Position numbers and translations under genes: made by a program. Below are positions 61,470 to 64,000 of a stretch of 64,000 bases of DNA, piece after piece (position 1 is the stretch's first letter; every line of letters begins with the position of its first letter). The stretch is taken from NCBI GenBank assembly GCA_913063045.1, contig CAJXYM010000006.1, forward strand, positions 6,339-70,338, given 5' to 3'. Source of the stretch: an uncultured Flavobacteriales bacterium. Its GTDB lineage: Bacteria > Bacteroidota > Bacteroidia > Flavobacteriales > BACL11. Under the pieces are notes generated by a model. It saw nothing but the letters and a program-made list of their open reading frames with translations, was not told the origin of the DNA and did not search any database.

Positions 61470-62855
61470 ATGAACTTTGATGTTATTGTTTTAGGTAGTG
61501 GTCCTGGTGGTTATGTTACTGCAATTCGTGCCTCACAATTAGGGCTTAAAACTGCAATTATAGAAAAAGAAAGTCTTGGTGGTGTTTGTTTAAACTGGGG
61601 TTGTATCCCAACAAAAGCGCTTCTTAAAAGTGCTCAAGTTTTTGAGTATATCAATCATGCTGAAGATTTTGGTATTTCTGTTTCTAATGCAAAGGCTGAT
61701 TTTTCAAAAGTAATTAAAAGAAGTAGAGATGTTGCTGATGGCATGAGTAAAGGAATTGCATACCTAACAAAGAAAAATAATGTTGAAGTTATTTATGGTT
61801 TTGGTAAGTTAAAGAAAGAAGGGGTTGTTTCTGTTACCAATGATGGCATAACAAAAGAATATTCAGCTAAAAATATAATTATTGCTACTGGGGCTCGCTC
61901 GCGAATTTTGCCGAATTTGCCTCAGGATGGTAAAAATGTAATAGGCTATCGAGAAGCGATGACCTTAAAAGAAATGCCTAAGAAAATGGTCGTTGTAGGC
62001 TCTGGAGCTATTGGAGTTGAGTTTGCTTATTTTTATAATACAATGGGTGTTGATGTTACAGTTGTTGAATATATGCCAAATATAGTTCCTGTTGAGGATC
62101 TAGATATATCAAAACAACTCCAGCGATCGTTTAAAAAATCAGGAATTAAGGTAATGACAAATTCTTCTGTAGAGAAGGTTAATATTACAAGTGATGGATG
62201 TGAGGTTGTAATTAAAACTAAAAAAGGAGAGGAGAGGATTAGTACTGATATTGTGCTTTCTGCTGTTGGAATAACTCCAAATATTGAAAATATTGGTTTA
62301 GAGGAAGTAGGTATAAAAACTGAAAATGGAAGACTTGTTGTTGATGAATTTTATAACACAAATATTAAAGGCTATTATGCTATTGGTGATTTATTACCTA
62401 CACAAGCTCTCGCGCATGTTGCATCTGCAGAAGGAATTGTTTGTGTTGAAAAGATTGCAGGTGAAAATCCAGACCCGATAGATTATGGAAATGTTCCTGG
62501 CTGTACATACTGCAGCCCTGAAATCTCATCGGTTGGAATGACAGAAGCAAAAGCTATAGAAGCTGGCTACGAGGTTAAAGTTGGTAAATTTCCATTTACT
62601 GCTTCAGGAAAGGCTTCAGCATCTGGTCATAAAGATGGTTTTGTTAAAGTTATTTTTGATGCAAAATATGGCGAATGGTTAGGATGTCACATGATAGGTT
62701 ATAATGTAACTGAAATGATAGCGGAAGCAGTGGTAGCAAGAAAACTTGAGACTACTGGTCATCAAATATTAAAAACAATACACCCTCACCCAACCATGAG
62801 TGAAGCAGTTATGGAAGCTGTTGCTGATGCTTATGGCGAAGTTATTCATATTTAG
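61470..62855 (+). CDS. lpdA: Dihydrolipoyl dehydrogenase
   Basis: GSGPGG, GGVCLNWGCIPTK, HPHPTMSE. Confidence 0.98.
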   Translation: MNFDVIVLGSGPGGYVTAIRASQLGLKTAIIEKESLGGVCLNWGCIPTKALLKSAQVFEYINHAEDFGISVSNAKADFSKVIKRSRDVADGMSKGIAYLTKKNNVEVIYGFGKLKKEGVVSVTNDGITKEYSAKNIIIATGARSRILPNLPQDGKNVIGYREAMTLKEMPKKMVVVGSGAIGVEFAYFYNTMGVDVTVVEYMPNIVPVEDLDISKQLQRSFKKSGIKVMTNSSVEKVNITSDGCEVVIKTKKGEERISTDIVLSAVGITPNIENIGLEEVGIKTENGRLVVDEFYNTNIKGYYAIGDLLPTQALAHVASAEGIVCVEKIAGENPDPIDYGNVPGCTYCSPEISSVGMTEAKAIEAGYEVKVGKFPFTASGKASASGHKDGFVKVIFDAKYGEWLGCHMIGYNVTEMIAEAVVARKLETTGHQILKTIHPHPTMSEAVMEAVADAYGEVIHI

Positions 62856-62858
62856 ACT

Positions 62859-64000
62859 TTAATAAATTACAATCTTTTCACTAAATGTAATTTTACTGTT
62901 ACTAAATCTAATAAGATAGATTCCCGATTTAGGATTTTGTAATTTAATGTTATAGAGGTCTGATAATATTTCACCAGTTTTTATCTTTTGGTTCAAACTA
63001 TTATAAATTGTATAATCAAGGTTCGTGTAATTTGATAATATTGAAAATTCTCCATTATTTGGATTTGGAAAAATCTCTAATGATTGATTTTTAATAAAGT
63101 TAGTTTCTAGTATGTTTTGACCTTTTATACTTACATTATCCATAAAGAATTGGTTTCCATAGTCATTAATACCAACAAATCTTATCATGATTGTATCTTC
63201 ATTATAGCCTAATTGAGTTAGATTTATACTGTCTGTTTGCCAAGAATTACACGTAGGAGACCACTCATATGTTTGGTATGATGTTGTTTGTAAGTCTGTG
63301 CCAGATGCTCCGTAAATTGAATCCCAGCTCATCCCACAATCTGTAGAAATATCAATCCTAAATCCATCATTATATGCAGCTGAAAAACCGGAGTAAGAGT
63401 AGTCATATGTTAAATAATTAATAGCATTATTTCCTCCTCCTAATTTTATTTTATTACTAATTAAATATGCTTCATCGCCTCTTTTGTTAGTATTGTAATG
63501 ATCTATATATGTTACTTTATTTGGGAAGCAATTAATACCTGTATCTACAGTTAACGCTTGCCAGGAAAATGAAGCAGAAGGACTATTCCATGATTGAGGA
63601 GGGAAATTATTTATCTCAAAATCTTGCTTATAGTTATTTGTACTTGTAATTTTAGAAGTTGAATCTTTATAAGTGATAAAGTTATTTAAGATTTGAGTAC
63701 TTGTTCCAAATGCATCAGTTACTGTCAATGAAACATCATAAGTTCCCGCTTGATTATATATAACAATTGGGTTTTCTTGAAAAGATGAACTTGGACTTCC
63801 CCCTGGAAAAATCCAGTTCCAAGATGCGCTAGACAGTCTTAGGGCTGAGTGGTCAATAAAACTAACGGTATCATTAATGCAGTTAATGGTTAATTTATCT
63901 GCAGCAATTTGTGCAGATGGGGGAGAGTTTTCAAAAAGATCTATTTCATAAGCACTTCTATTTGTTCCATTAAATAATAGCCCTTTTCTGTAATGAGGAA
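62859..64000 (-). CDS. C-terminal part of a T9SS substrate with PKD domain; gene starts beyond the window
   Basis: Frame stays open from 63998 (PHYRKG...WNWIFPGGSPSSSFQENPIVIYNQAGTYDVSLTV = PKD), then ISTDCG domain and FPNP...GIYLI C-terminal domain. Confidence 0.88.
   Translation of the reverse strand, partial: PHYRKGLLFNGTNRSAYEIDLFENSPPSAQIAADKLTINCINDTVSFIDHSALRLSSASWNWIFPGGSPSSSFQENPIVIYNQAGTYDVSLTVTDAFGTSTQILNNFITYKDSTSKITSTNNYKQDFEINNFPPQSWNSPSASFSWQALTVDTGINCFPNKVTYIDHYNTNKRGDEAYLISNKIKLGGGNNAINYLTYDYSYSGFSAAYNDGFRIDISTDCGMSWDSIYGASGTDLQTTSYQTYEWSPTCNSWQTDSINLTQLGYNEDTIMIRFVGINDYGNQFFMDNVSIKGQNILETNFIKNQSLEIFPNPNNGEFSILSNYTNLDYTIYNSLNQKIKTGEILSDLYNIKLQNPKSGIYLIRFSNSKITFSEKIVIY

Noticed and set aside
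62859-63728. 289-aa ORF as a complete gene or pseudogene
   Set aside because: The frame is open to the window edge; it is the tail of a longer gene.
1-64000. CRISPR array, rRNA, IS elements, reverse transcriptase or known defence genes
   Set aside because: No regularly spaced repeats, rRNA-like sequence, transposase or RT motifs were seen.

Overview
AT-rich bacterial DNA of a Bacteroidota organism, most likely a marine Flavobacteriia-like lineage. Evidence: gldJ-porP-porU-porV type IX secretion cluster, TAnnTTTG promoters, no obvious Shine-Dalgarno motifs and an archaeal-type ProRS. From about 6.57 kb onward it is dense core genome: folC, tonB-exbD-exbB, nhaD, mscS, anmK, murF, T9SS genes, ispF, ahpC-katG, rlmB, ung, lipA, lpxH, gatB, lpxK, proS, tRNA-Glu-rpsT, pafA, obgE, adk, hpt, lpdA, plus three further T9SS substrates. 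The first ~6.4 kb is an integrative element beside the 3' end of tRNA-Val(TAC). It runs tyrosine integrase, HTH excisionase-like gene, a 510-aa protein, a coupled 64-aa ORF, then secreted-enzyme cargo. The 510-aa protein is the main finding: it has a probable winged-helix N-terminus and family-A polymerase palm/fingers motifs, no recognisable exonuclease domain, and substitutions at nucleotide-selecting positions. It occupies the slot where such elements normally carry a Rep or primase. Two small genes missing from the ORF track were also found. All family calls come from motif recognition by eye; no database searches were run.
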